Shown here: one piece after another, positions 24,915 through 38,663 of the stretch
Position numbering within the stretch: the stretch's first letter is position 1
Layout of the letters: the number at the start of each line of letters is the position of its first letter
Origin: Octopus vulgaris
Lineage: Eukaryota
Direction: 5' to 3'
Assembly (NCBI GenBank): GCA_951406725.2
Contig: OX597839.1
Span: 12,958,001 to 13,022,000 of the forward strand
DNA length: 64,000 nucleotides
Notes under the pieces: model-generated
Seen by the model: only the letters and a program-made list of their open reading frames with translations
What the model was told of the DNA's origin: nothing
Databases searched by the model: none
Made by a program: the position numbers and the translations under genes

Positions 24915-25658
24915 ACTATAGCTTCGGCTGACAGAAAATGAAAGACAGAAACTGAAAGAAGCCTGACGTTATATATATATATATATATACATATATATAC
25001 GCACACATGCATGTATGTATTTGTGTGTCTAAGCTTGTCCTTCCACCATTGCTTGACAGCTAATGTTGGTGTGATTACGTCCACACAACTTCGCAGTTCA
25101 GCGAAAGACCTATGAAATAAGTACCAAGCTTACAAAGAATAAGACCTGAGGTCAATTTATTTGACTGAAAGTGGTGCTCCAGCATGGCCACAGTAAAATG
25201 ACTGAAACAAGGAAAAGAATATAATTAAGACATAATTATATGTCTTAATTATATATTAAGACATATAATATATTATATGTCTTAATTTATTGACCCTGAA
25301 AGGATGAAAGGCAAAGTCGACCTTGGTGGAATTTGATATATATATTAAATATAAATATATATATATGGTTATTAATAATAATATAGGGTGAAATTAATTA
25401 ATTTGGAATAATCATTAATTTCACCAAGTAGATTTCGGCATGTAAAAGCCCCATTCGAGGAAGGTTTAAGTAATACTAAGTAATTAAGGGTTTAGCAACG
25501 ATTTGCCTCACCACACACCGAATTTAGAAATAGCAGTCAAAGAGTTATGGCTATTCTTTCGACTTAAAAGGGAGATCTCAGTAAAACCACAGCACTTAAA
25601 AGGCAAACAACACAGGCAAAAGAGAAAGAAATGACGACAATCATTCTATATTAAGTCA

Positions 25659-25749
25659 CCTACGGACGTACGTTTCGAAATTAAGTCGTAGGAAAGCATA
25701 AAAATTAAATAATTATGTCTTACCCGACTATTTTTCTCCTCAGCGTAGG
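25659..25749 (-). ncRNA. Type I hammerhead ribozyme, intact canonical core
   Basis: ccuacg CUGAGGA gaaaaauagucg...cgacuuaauuuc GAAA cguacg UC cguagg: 6-bp stem I, long stem II, palindromic stem III ACGUACGU, GUC site. Confidence 0.85.
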
Positions 25750-25843
25750 ACTCTACAATTATAAATAATTGTGTATTAAATTTGGAGGCACTAGAAGACA
25801 TCACCTCAACTCATGGTATCAGAGCAAGCGTAAATTGTAGAGT

Positions 25844-25934
25844 CCTACACTGAGGAGAAAAATAGTCGAGTAAGACATAATTATTTAATTTTTATGCTTT
25901 CCTACGACTTAATTTCGAAACGTACGTCCGTAGG
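25844..25934 (+). ncRNA. Type I hammerhead ribozyme, mirror copy
   Basis: CUGAGGA at 25850-25856, GAAA at 25917-25920, GUC ending at 25928. One A-C mismatch in stem I next to the core. Confidence 0.75.
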
Positions 25935-26116
25935 TGACTTAATATAGAATGATTGTCATCATTTCTTTCTCTTTTGCCTGCGTTGTTTGCCTTTTAAGTA
26001 CTGTGGTTTTACTGAGATCTCCCTTTTAAGTAGAAAGAATAGCCATAACTCTTTGACTGCTATTTCTAAATTCGGTGTGTTGTGAGGCAAATCGTTGCTA
26101 AACCCTTAATTACTTA

Positions 26117-26178
<62 letters not shown>

Positions 26179-26305
26179 GTATATATATATGTGTGTGTGT
26201 GTATATATATACACACACACACATATATATGTATATATATATAATATAATATATATATTATACATATATATAATATATGTATATATATTATATATACATA
26301 TAATA

Positions 26306-26375
<70 letters not shown>

Positions 26376-26773
26376 TATCTGTGTATGTGTCTAAGTTTAT
26401 ATCTACATCTATATCCGCTTACACACACATGCTTGTATGTATGAATTTATGTATCTCTCTCTCTGTATATACAAAATATAAATATGCATACATACACACA
26501 CACACTTGTATACATATGTTGATATATATATATGTATATATGTATATTTATGAATGTATATATATGTATTTATATATATATATACACACACACTTACATT
26601 GTATCTATTATGTATATATACACATGCGTTGCATTGTATCTTTTTTATAACAGAGTATATCCAGTATGTTGTATATCAAGTTCGTTGTATGTCTAACTGA
26701 CAGCAACAGCAACGGCAGCAGCTGCTTAAAACATTATATATACATGTTCCTAACACCTACTAGTGCTCAAACC

Positions 26774-26813
<40 letters not shown>

Positions 26814-26906
26814 CCATGTTTCAGACATTTAAAAGCAACAGCTGTCCACACCATACATATACTACATATACACATTCCCTGAATCTAAAAGCAGTAAATA
26901 CCTTAA

Positions 26907-26952
<46 letters not shown>

Positions 26953-27294
26953 TCCTGATATCTAATATGTATATATATATATATATATATATAAATTTAA
27001 GTCACAATATCTGCATTCAACAAATCTGGTGGTACTCAAAAAAGACATAGGGGTAAAATAGATTATATCAGAGTATATTTCTCTCTTTATATATAATTGT
27101 GTGTATATATATCTATAAATATATATATATATATGTATACTTTTCTACTCTAGGCACAAGGCCCAAAATTTTGTGGGAGGGAGGCCAGTCAATTAGGTTG
27201 ACCCCAGTGCACAACTGGTACTTAATTTATTGACCCTGAAAGGATGAAAGGCAAAGTCGACCCTTGGCGGAATTTGATATGTATATATATGGCC

Positions 27295-27357
27295 AGATAA
27301 CCGAAGAGATGGTGTTGTGGATTTCCACTTCGGCATCCAAAACTCAGAGTTTTGTCT
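27295..27357 (+). ncRNA. Hammerhead-like motif (U4C; G12 decayed)
   Basis: agauaa CCGAAGA GAUG...CAUC c AAAA cucagag U U uugucu, with a 6-bp stem I. TA-flanked element 27290-27458. Confidence 0.5.
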
Positions 27358-27562
27358 TGGCTATTGAATAATGGTAACATATTAATTTACAGATAAATTT
27401 CCTCTATATACGTAATATTGAGGTCTCTTTCTTTTGTTATTTTACCGTTTTTACCAATATATATATGTATATACACACACACACATATGTATGTATATAT
27501 ATATATATATATATATAAATATATGTATACACACACATATATATATATACATACACACATAC

Positions 27563-27612
<50 letters not shown>

Positions 27613-28144
27613 CATACACATAGATGTTCTAGGTACCTGACCTCAAAATCAATGTAGATTTTTTTTTTAGCTTTCTTTTCAGATTTAAATAAATGTGATG
27701 TCATCTCACTTTCACTTGAAATCCTATGTATTTACATATTTTTGTGTAGCAATGTTGTCCTTGGGTGTTCTATAAACCATTAAAGTGTTTGGTGCATTTA
27801 TTGGAGTCGATTGATGGTTATGTAACAAATGTTGCTAATGAAAGGAGTCCGGTTGCTACAATAAGGAGGGCGTTGAATGACATAGCTGTTTTCTCAGTTG
27901 AAATTCCACCCAGGTCAATTTAGTCATTGTTCTTTCCGGAAGTGTGTGTGTGTGTACGTGTGTGTGCGTATCTGTGTATGTGTGCACATGTGTGCATGTG
28001 TATGTGCACGTATGTATGTGTGCGTGTGTTTTTCTGTATGTGTGTTGGTGTATAATATATATGTGTGTATACATATATGTATGTCTATATGTATATATAC
28101 TTTATTTAAAAGCAGTAGAAATTCAACAAAACCAGTTAACATAA

Positions 28145-28182
28145 TTGTCCGACGAACGGGAATGTGAAACTCCGAGTGACAG
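28145..28182 (+). ncRNA. Hammerhead-like motif (U4C) within a short inverted element 28100-28290
   Basis: uugu CCGACGA acg ggaa ugu GAAA cuccgag U G acag. Position 17 is G, so this copy is probably inactive. ~35-bp inverted arms 28100-28134/28181-28215. Confidence 0.5.
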
Positions 28183-29039
28183 GTTTTGTTGAATTTCTGC
28201 TGCTTTTAAATAAAGCAAATTACTCCACCTTTGGTATATAAGTATTCTTTTTTTCCACCTTGTTTCACATTTATGTATTTACTCCGGTGTATGTATATAT
28301 ATGCATATATATATATATATGTATATATATCCACAGATATATACATACATAGGTGCAGGAGTGGCTGTGTGGTAAGTAGCTTGCTAACAAACCACATGGT
28401 TCCGGGTTCAGTCCCACTGCGTGACATCTTGGGCAAGTGTCTTCTGCTATAGCCCCGGGCCGACCAATGCCTTGTGAGTGGATTTGGTAGAGGGAAACTG
28501 AAAGAAGCCTGTCGTATGTATGTATATATATGTATGTGTGTGTGTGTTTGTGTGTCAAATGACTGAAACAAGTAAAAGAGTATACATACACACACACACA
28601 CACAGATATATGTAAAAGTGGCCGTGTGGTGGCATATAAAGTCATTGGCATTAGGAAGGGCATCCAGCCATAGAAATCATACCAAATCAGACTGAACCCG
28701 GTGGAGCTCTCCAATTTACCAGCTCTGCTCACACCATCCAACTCATGCCAGCATGGACAACGGACATTAAATGGTGATGCTGATATATATATATGTATAT
28801 ATATATATGTGTATATATATATATATGTATATATACTCTTTACTCTTTTACTTGTTTCAGTCATTTGACTGCGGCCATGCTGGAGCACCGCCTTTAGTCG
28901 AGCAACTCGACCCCGGGACTTATTCTTTTGTAAGCCCAGTACTTATTCTATCGGTCTCTTTTGCCGAACCGCTAAGTAACGGGGACATAAACACACCAGC
29001 ATCGGTTGTCAAGCAATGCTTGGGGGACAAACACACACA

Positions 29040-29077
<38 letters not shown>

Positions 29078-29295
29078 TACGATGGGCTTCTTTCAGTTTC
29101 CGTCTACCAAATCCACTCACAAGGCTTTGGTCGGCCCGAGGCTATAGTAGAAGACACTTGCCCAAGGTGCCATGCAGTGGGACTGAACCCCGGAACCATG
29201 TGGTTGGTAAACAAGGTACTTACCACACAGCCACTCCTGTGCCTATATATATGTATATATATATATATATATATGTATGTATATATATATGTATG

Positions 29296-29343
<48 letters not shown>

Positions 29344-29361
29344 ATATATATATGTATGTAT

Positions 29362-29399
<38 letters not shown>

Positions 29400-29405
29400 G
29401 TATGT

Positions 29406-29463
<58 letters not shown>

Positions 29464-30171
29464 GCAGATTATATTGTCACAAAAGGACTAAATGTATATT
29501 TATTAAGAATATTATGACTTAGATATTTACATATGCACCCACACCCAGACACACACACACACACAAGCATGTCAGTGCCAGTTATGCACTTGCACTGGTT
29601 TTATTGATTACTTTCTTGAAGGTGGCTCCCCAGCATGACAACAGTGAAATTATGGAAACTAATAAAAGAATGATATATTATATAAAGCTGTCTGTCTGTC
29701 TATGTATGATTGTATGTTTACCTTTGTGGTCTGCTCTTTGTATTACATTGTAGCCTTCCTCAGACCACATGTAACTCAGTGGGATTTTGCAATGGTGGAA
29801 GTGATTAGCAAGAGCCAAAAACCTGAATGGTAAAATCCATTCCTACTTACATATATATATATATGGAGGCGCAATGGCCCAGTGGTTAGGGCGGCGAACT
29901 TGCGGTCGTAGGATCGCGGTTTTGATTCCCAGACTGGGCGCTGTGAGTGTTTATTGAGTGAAAACACCTAAAGTTCCACGAGGCTCCAGCAGGGAGTGGT
30001 GGCGATTGCTGCTGTACTCTTTCGCCGCAACTTTCTCTCACTCTTTCTTCTGTTTGCCTGCTCGCTTAGCCAGCGGGGTGGCGTCATTTGAAGGCTGAAA
30101 CAATGCGAAGCGCATTGTGACCAGCGATGTGTAGCAACATCTGATAGTCTGGTCAGTCACGGTGATCACGG

Positions 30172-30226
<55 letters not shown>

Positions 30227-30705
30227 TCATTTAACATCCGTTTTCCATGCTAGCATAGGTTAGACGATTTGACTGAGGTCTGGTGAACCAGATGGCTGCA
30301 CCAGACTCCAATTTGATCTGGCAGTTTCTACAGGTGGATGCCCTTCCTAGCGCCAACCAGTTTGAGAGTGTAGTGGGTGCTTTTACGTGCCATTGACACA
30401 GAGGCCAGTTTGTTGCTCTGGCAACGATCTCACTTGTATGGTACTCTTAGCGCTTCACTAACACAGATGCCAGTCATCGAATTTGATTTTGATTTCGATT
30501 TCACTTGCCTCAACAGGTCTTCACAAGGAGAGTTTAGTCTCCAATGAAGGAAAGGTACGCATAAGTGGACTGGTTACACCCTTGGCATAGGCCCAAGGTT
30601 ATGGTCTCACTTGCACTTGCCGAGTCTTCTCAAGCACAGCATATATCATGATAGATCGTTAGCTACTACACGCATTTTTTTCTCTCCTTGTTTTTTTCTG
30701 TGTAT

Positions 30706-30741
30706 CTTTCTGTCAAAGAGCATAGGCTCGAAACGTAAAAG
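30706..30741 (+). ncRNA. Hammerhead-like motif, sister of 7209-7244
   Basis: cuuu CUGUCAA A GAGC auag GCUC GAAA CG U A aaag in element 30648-30835; tail fragments also at 35013-35080. Confidence 0.45.
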
Positions 30742-30830
30742 ACTTTTTCTTTTCCTGAGCGCTATACTAATACATTTGTTTGTTTGTACTCCACCTGCCT
30801 TCGTCATTTGTTTATTTTCGTAAACTTTCC

Positions 30831-30866
<36 letters not shown>

Positions 30867-30869
<3 letters not shown>

Positions 30870-31353
30870 AACTTGGCAGATACGCATCTCATACACAAAT
30901 CTTCAGTGATAATGGAGTGAACTGGACCGTAACTAATCTGAACATCCTCTGATAACTCACAGATGGTGAGTTGACGATTTCCCCTCACAGTTGCACGCAC
31001 ATCTGCGGTGTTTTTCTCAGTTCTGCCAGTTGTGGGGCTCCCAGAATGTTCATCAACATCGACAGTTTTTTGGCCATCTTGGAAATGTCTGAACCACTTC
31101 TTCACTTGTGTGCATCTCATACACTCCTCTCCGTACACTTTCTGTAACTTTGCATAGGCCTCTGAGCAAGTATCACCATGACAGCTTTCTCTGTCATGGT
31201 CAATGCAATAATCACATGTTACACACATTCCTTTCAAGCACTGCTGTAAACAGAGGAAGTGAGCTGGAATGTTAAAACTTAGTGTGCATGCACAGCAGAG
31301 TTCAAGGTCAGTCTGTGCCAAGCAGTCTGGATACTTATTGATCATACCTCGTA
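30867..31353 (-). pseudogene. Mariner transposon 5' part (TIR and transposase N-terminal HTH remnant)
   Basis: TA-cgagg TIR start and EAYAKLQKVYGEECM..TQVKKWFRHFQDG...DEHSGSP...RQLTICELSE...SIITEDL.MR.VSAKFV. A second 5'-end copy lies at 42830-43008 (+). Confidence 0.85.
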
Positions 31354-31556
31354 TACATATATATATATGAATAAATAAATGGAGTTTAACGCAGGTATAA
31401 ATCAAATATAAAAATACACTCATCTATTTATATATATATCACCGTGATCACTGTGACCAACCAGGCTATCAGGTGTTGCTATACATCGCTGGTCACAATG
31501 CGTTTCGCATTGTTTTAGCCTTCAAACGACGCCACCCCGCTGGCTAAGAGAGCAGG

Positions 31557-31612
<56 letters not shown>

Positions 31613-31694
31613 TTTAAATAAAAATAAAAAGAATTTTTATTTTTATTTAAATACCTACTGTTTATATATATATATATATATATATATATTTGAG

Positions 31695-32024
31695 ACACCC
31701 TTCGGTCATGACTGACCATGGGATTGCTCCAAGAAAGTTACACTTCCAGGTACAATTCCAGGCAAGTTTGTTTTCTTATGGAAGACCAGCAGTCGCTCAT
31801 GCATACCGGCCTCCCCTCTCCACACCACCAGTGTTATCCAAGAGAAAGGCAAAGCCCAATACAGCTTGGCACCTGTGACATCACAACTCATTTCTACAGC
31901 TGAGTTAATTGGAGCAATGTGAAATAAAGTGTCTTGCTCAAGAACACAACATGCAGCCCGGCCCGGGATTTGAATTCACAACCTCATGATCGTGAGCTCG
32001 ATGCTCTAACCACTGAGCCATTCA
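31695..32024 (-). mobile_element. SINE family E, full copy
   Basis: tRNA-like head (tggctcagtggttagagc...gaattcaaatccc); colinear with 950-1660. Confidence 0.85.
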
Positions 32025-32549
32025 CATATATATATATATATATATATATGTACATATATATATATACATATATGTACACCTTCACACATATATATATATA
32101 TATGTGTGTGTTGTGTGTGTATGTATATGTCTATATATGTGTATATATACATATACATAAAAATGACGTAGGCAGCAATACATAATATATAACCAGAACG
32201 GAAAAATTTAATTGCCACTAACTGTGACTGAGGGTGATGGGTAACACCTATATTGCTAGAAATAAGAGTTAAAACCCTAATACATATATATGACTATATG
32301 TATGTGTAAGCGATCTTTTATTTTTTGTATATGTGTATGTATATATATTTATGTGGGTTTTTTTTACAAATAATATATATATATTTGTGTGTTATATTGA
32401 TGATATATGTGTGTATGTGTGTATATATTTGTGTGTATATATATATATATATACATGTTTGTATGTATGTATCTATCTATAAAGATATATGTATGTATGC
32501 ATGTGTGTATGTTTTGGTATGTTCATATTAAGATATATATAAGATTTAT

Positions 32550-32725
32550 TCATCATCATCCTACTCAGGTGTCACACTATGCGATGCAGTGGTCATCACG
32601 ATGTCTTGCCACCTTCTCCTGTCATCTACCCCATGGACAGCTGAGAATAAAGACAATCCTGTGGTGGTGATGTCTTTCAGCCAAGAAGTGGGCGGTCTGC
32701 CTCTTTTACGTCTGTTACATTCTTC
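32550..32725 (-). pseudogene. Short 3' fragment of a second RTE-type LINE
   Basis: RRKRGRPPTSWLKDI...DRRRWQDIV C-terminal motif followed by a (GAT)n tail. Confidence 0.65.
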
Positions 32726-33976
32726 TAATTGAAAATAACAACCTAAAAATGTGTTCATATATACACACCCAAACATACACACACCCCAACCCTCTCATTA
32801 GCAATTACTGAAATATTGGGTCAAATACTGATTGTATGAATAATAATTTCATGATATAAACTGGTCTCTAAGGAACCAAACGTGTCTCTACCACATTCCA
32901 AGACATATAAAAGCTGTTCTATTCTCTGTTTGTTGATAAGAAATCATCATCATCATCATTATCATCATCGTTTAGCATCCGCTTTCCATGCTGGCATGGG
33001 TTGGACGGTGCAACTGGGGTCTGGGAAGCCAGAAGGCTGCACCAGGCCCAGTCTGATCTGACAATGTTTCTACGGCTGGATGCCCTTCCTAACGCCAACC
33101 ACTCCATGAGTGTAGTGGGTGCTTTTTACATGCCACTGGCACAGGTGCCAGACAAGGCTGGCAAACGGCCATGATCGGATGGTGCTTTATAAGTGCCACC
33201 GGCACGGAGGCCAGGCGAGGCTGGCAAACGGCCACAATCGGATGGTGCTTTTTACGTGTCACCGGCATGGAGGCCAGGCGAGAGAACATGCTATATAATA
33301 AAAAGTATAAATAGTATGATAAAAAAATAAGGATAAACATTGTGTTCTCGCTCAATAAACACACACAATGCCCAGTCTGGGAGTCGAAACCACGATCCTC
33401 CGACCGCAAGTCCGCTGCCCTAACCACTGGGCCATTGCGTCTCCACAGTACATAGTATAATGTATATATATATTAGTTGAATGAATCAACTCCAGGACTT
33501 ATTTCTTAAGCTTAGTACATATTCTATTGGTTTTTTTGCTGAACCGTTAAGTCATGGGGATATAAACACATCAATACCAGTTGTCAAGCAGTGATGGGGA
33601 CACAAACACAATGACCAGCACTGCCTTGACTGGCTCCTCTCGGAGTGGTTGGCGTTAGGAAGGACATCGAGCTGTAGAAACTCTGCCAGATCAGATTGAA
33701 TAATGGTGCAGCCATCTGGTTCACCAGTACTCAGTCAAATCGTCCAACCATACCATTCGTCCAACCCATGCCATCATGGAAAACGGACGTTAAATGATGA
33801 TGATGATATACATATATATATAATCAATTTGATTTGAAAACCCCACTAGAATGGGAGAAAGCGCTAATAATCTGAAAGATATGATCTGAATGATATGATA
33901 TATATATGTAAAAAATGTAATATATAAATAAATATCTATAAATATGAACCATCCGATCTTCTGATTACCTCATTTC

Positions 33977-34019
<43 letters not shown>

Positions 34020-36059
34020 TCATACACACAGTGGGATTTCAGTTTCCGTCTACCAAATCCACTCACAAGGCTTTGGTTGGCCCTAGGCTATAGCAGAACA
34101 CACATGCCTTGCAGTGGGACTGAACCTGGAGCCATGTGGTTGGGAAGCAAGTGTCTTAACACACAGCCACACCTTCCCCTAAAATGGACTATATATATAA
34201 AATTTTATGTAATACAGAGTTCATACTAGATTACATAGAGTATATATATAGTAAAGAATATATGCTATATAATATAAAATATATGTAATGTAGAATATAG
34301 ACAAATGGATTGATAGAATCTGTGACATACAAATCCATTACAGAGATGTACATATGTATATGTATGTATGCATGTATGTATATGTTTGTATGTAGTACAT
34401 ACATATGTATGTGTGTATGTATGTATGTATGGATATATGTATGGGTGTATGTATGTGTATACGTATAAATGTACATATGTATGTACAGGTGCATGTATGT
34501 GTATTTATGTGTGTGTGTACGTACAGGTGCATGTATGTGTATTTATAAGTGTGTAGGTATGCATGAGTATGTGTATGTATGTATGTATATATGTATGTAT
34601 GTATGTATGTATGCGTGTTTATGTTTAGTATGTTTAAGTTGCTATGTATGGATTCTTACATACACATATATATACACTCATTTATGAACATAAGTAATAG
34701 TAATAGTTGTAGTAGTAGTGGTAGTAGCAGTACCAAGAACACTTAATCTGTCATTAAAAATAAAATGACACTGTAGTCGGTAATGAGTAATTAAGAGTCC
34801 ATTTATAATTGCAAACCAAAATTCATCGCAATGTACCCACTGCTTGAAGCTATGGGAGGTCCTTGAGTTTCATAAACTTTAAATGAAAATGATACACTAC
34901 AGGGTGGTTGTTAAAAGCTTTAAACATATACATGAAATTACATATATACATAGATGGACATACATACACACATACATACATATATATATATGCAGTGCTT
35001 CAGCATGGCCACACTTCGTCTTTTGTTTATTTTCGTAAACCTGCCTTCGTCTTTTGTTTATTTTCGTAAACCTTCCCGTTATATATATGCATGCATACAT
35101 GCATACATACACATATGCATTCATACATGCATACATATATGCATGCATGCATGCATGCACACACACATATACATACATACATGCACGCATGCAGACACAC
35201 ACAAACACATACATACAGACATACATACACACACACACATACATACATACATACATACACACACACATACATACATACATACATGTATACATACATACAT
35301 ACATATATGCATGCATACATGCATACATATATGCATGCCCTCACACATGCATATATATACATATATGCATGCATGCAAACACACACATACATACATACAT
35401 ACATACATATATGTAGATATGATGAGGCAAACAGGAAAAATAAAAACGCAATATGTGTATTTTTATGAAAATTTAGCCGAAGCGAGAGGGTGACTCAAGC
35501 CCCAGGAGTTTTGGGCATACATGAGGGGTGCTGAAAAGTGCTTACATGAGGTGGTGCTGTTGTATAATCATTAGGAGGCTTATTTTACACCTCGGATCAT
35601 GTACTTGAGTGTAAAAATAAGTCAGAACAATTATATCGAGTTTAAATAAAGAATGTCATTAATTCAAATTTCTATTATGCTTGTATATATACATACATAC
35701 ATACATATATATATATATTCACACACACACAAACACACACATATATATGTATATATCATCATCATCATTGTTTAACATCCGTTTTCCATATATATTCTTT
35801 TATTCCCCTTGTTTCAGTCATTTGTGTGTGGCCATGCTGAAGCTTTGCCTTTAGTTGAAAAAAATCGACCCTGAGACTTATTCTTTTAAGAGGGGTTTAT
35901 TTCAGTTTCTGTTTACCTAATTCACTCACAAGTCTTTGGTTGGCCCAAGGCTATAGCAGAAGACACTTACCCATGGTGCCACACAGTGGATTGAACTTGG
36001 AACCATTTGGTTAGGAAGTAAAGTTCTTACCACACAGCCACACAGCACCTATATATATA

Positions 36060-36135
<76 letters not shown>

Positions 36136-36444
36136 TCATCATCCTCATCATTTAACGTCCGCTTTCCATGCTAGCATGGGTTGGACGATTTGACTGAGGT
36201 CTGGCGAACCAGATGGCTGCACCAGTCTCCAATCTGATCTGGCAGAGTTTCTACAGTTGGATGCCCTTCCTAATGCCAAACACTCTGAGAGTGTAGTGGG
36301 TGCTTTTATGTGCCACTGGCATGAGGGCCAGTTTGGTGGTACTGGCAATGGTCATGCCCAAATGGTGCTTTTTACGTGCCACCTGCACAGGCGCCAGTCC
36401 AGCGGCACTGGCGTCGACCTCGCTAGAATATTTCACATGCCACC

Positions 36445-36484
<40 letters not shown>

Positions 36485-36784
36485 ATATATATATATACAT
36501 ATACATACATACAATGGGCTTCCTTTGATTTCTATCTATCAAATCCAATCATAAGGCTTGGGTTGGCTCAAAGTTATAGTAAAAGACACTTGCCTGATGT
36601 GCCGTACAATAGGACTGAACCCTGAACCATGTGGTTTGGAAGCAAACTTCTTATCATACAACCACGTGTGCTCCAGACACAAATATGTATACACACACAC
36701 ACCACACACACACACACATACACACGCATGTATGTATGCAGGCATGTATATATGTATGTATGATCCATGCAAGCATGGAAAAGC

Positions 36785-37035
36785 AGACTGTTCTTCACTC
36801 CTGCTCCAGAGCGTCGGCTGCGGGGTCATTCCGAAAAGCTCTACCTGCGATGATTTCATCTTAATCGAAGGAGAGGAGCCGTGGAACAAGCTGCCAGACG
36901 AGATGGTGAAGATGCCGATGACCGCTTTGTTCAAAGCCTCCCTGGACCTCAAGTGGCCTGAACTCTTTACATGAACACCACCCTGTACTTAACTCCATGT
37001 CCCCCTACATGGCCTTGCTATTTGCTTTTGAGCCA
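36785..37035 (+). pseudogene. CR1-type LINE 3' end
   Basis: PWNKLPDEMV...FKASLDLKW C-terminal motif, 3' UTR and (TAAC)n tail. Confidence 0.7.
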
Positions 37036-37778
37036 AATTAACTAACTAACTAACATTAAAATGAAGATGATGATTTTGTACACACACATGCACACATACA
37101 AAATTGCAAGCATATGCACAGATACACACTCACACACACTCTCACACACACACAAACGTACACACACATAGACGCAAACAAAATTGCAAACATATGCACA
37201 GACACACGCACACGCAAACATATGTACAAATACACACACACACACACACACAAATGTACACACGCATACACACATACAAAATTGCAAATATATTCACAGA
37301 TACACACACATACATGCACACACAAATATACACACACATTCATGCACACACAAATATACAAAATTGCAAACATATGCACACACACACACACACACACTTA
37401 CTTTAGGGCTGGATTAAGGCCAACTGATGCACAAAAGCATAGCCCAAACAGTGCTTTTACCCCTCAACTTGTCTATTGTCTAACTGACAACGCATGAAAA
37501 CATAATAAGTATTGAAGGTGAAATAATGGATTTGAAATTCAGTTATAATTCCAGGCTACAGCCTACAAGCCACGTTAAATAACATCTGGGCTTTTATTTT
37601 TTTTTCAATTATTTCATTTAATTGGCACTAAACAGCAGCAAACCATATATAAACAAATTATATACTTATAATTACTGCAACAGAAAAAAAAAATGCAAAT
37701 TTCCAGACACTTTGTTATTCATTTAATAAAAAAGCTCGTATAAGTGGGAGGAAAAAAAAAAAACGTATAGAAAACATA

Positions 37779-38199
37779 GGCGCAGGAGTGGCTGTGTGGT
37801 AAGTAGCTTGTTTACTAACCACATGGTTCCGGGTTCAGTCCCACTGCGTGGCACCTTGGGCAAGTGTCTTCTGCTATAGCCCCGGGCCAACCAATGCCTT
37901 GTGAGTGGATTTGGTAGACAGAAACTGAAAGAAGCCTGTCGTATATATGTATATATATATATGTATGTGTGTGTGTGTTTGTGTGTCTGTGTTTGTGCCC
38001 CTAGTATTGCTTGACAACCGATGCTGGTGTGTTTATGTCCCCGTCACCTAGCGGTTTGGCAAAAGAGACCAATAGAATAAGTACTGGGCTTACAAAGAAT
38101 AAGTCCCAGGGTCGAGTTGCTTGATTAAAGGCGGTGCTCCAGCATGGCCATAGTCAAATGACTGAAACAAGTAAAAGAGTAAAAGAGTAAAGAGTAAAA
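37779..38199 (+). mobile_element. SINE family A, reference full-length copy
   Basis: ggcgcaggagtggctgtgtggt A box, gggttcagtccc B box, internal (TA/TG)n and (GTAAAAGA)n tail. Confidence 0.9.
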
Positions 38200-38663
38200 C
38201 TAATTTCTAAAAGATTCTTTATATACAAGGACATATACATACATGCCATGCATACATACATACATACATACATACATACATACATACATACATACATACA
38301 TACACACATATATACAAGAATACATACATACATACATAAACACATGGTGACTGCCCCCTCGTTATTGAGTATGACCATTGCGCAAAGCTTAATCAATGTT
38401 GTTATCTTGCAATGCCTGTGCAAGAAGATTTTTTTTTAAAGTGAGGAAAGACTGTTCACTGAGTCAATCCCACTCACTAAGCAACAACAGCCATAATCCA
38501 AAAAGAAGAACAAGTCAACATCATTGGTAACCTCTGAGCCGCAGGTTTTATGTCGGAGTTATCACAGTCACCTAAGTTACCTTCTCCTAGAAGGATGCCC
38601 TAACAAAGGTTAGGAGTCCTTCACTCCCAATGGTTTAACCGCGCGATCGGATATTCAGTTGGA

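Larger units (their letters stand above)
25473..26120. repeat. Head-to-head palindromic element, ~288-bp arms and ~72-bp spacer
   Basis: 25473-25760 is the near-exact reverse complement of 25833-26120; TA-rich flanks. Confidence 0.95.
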
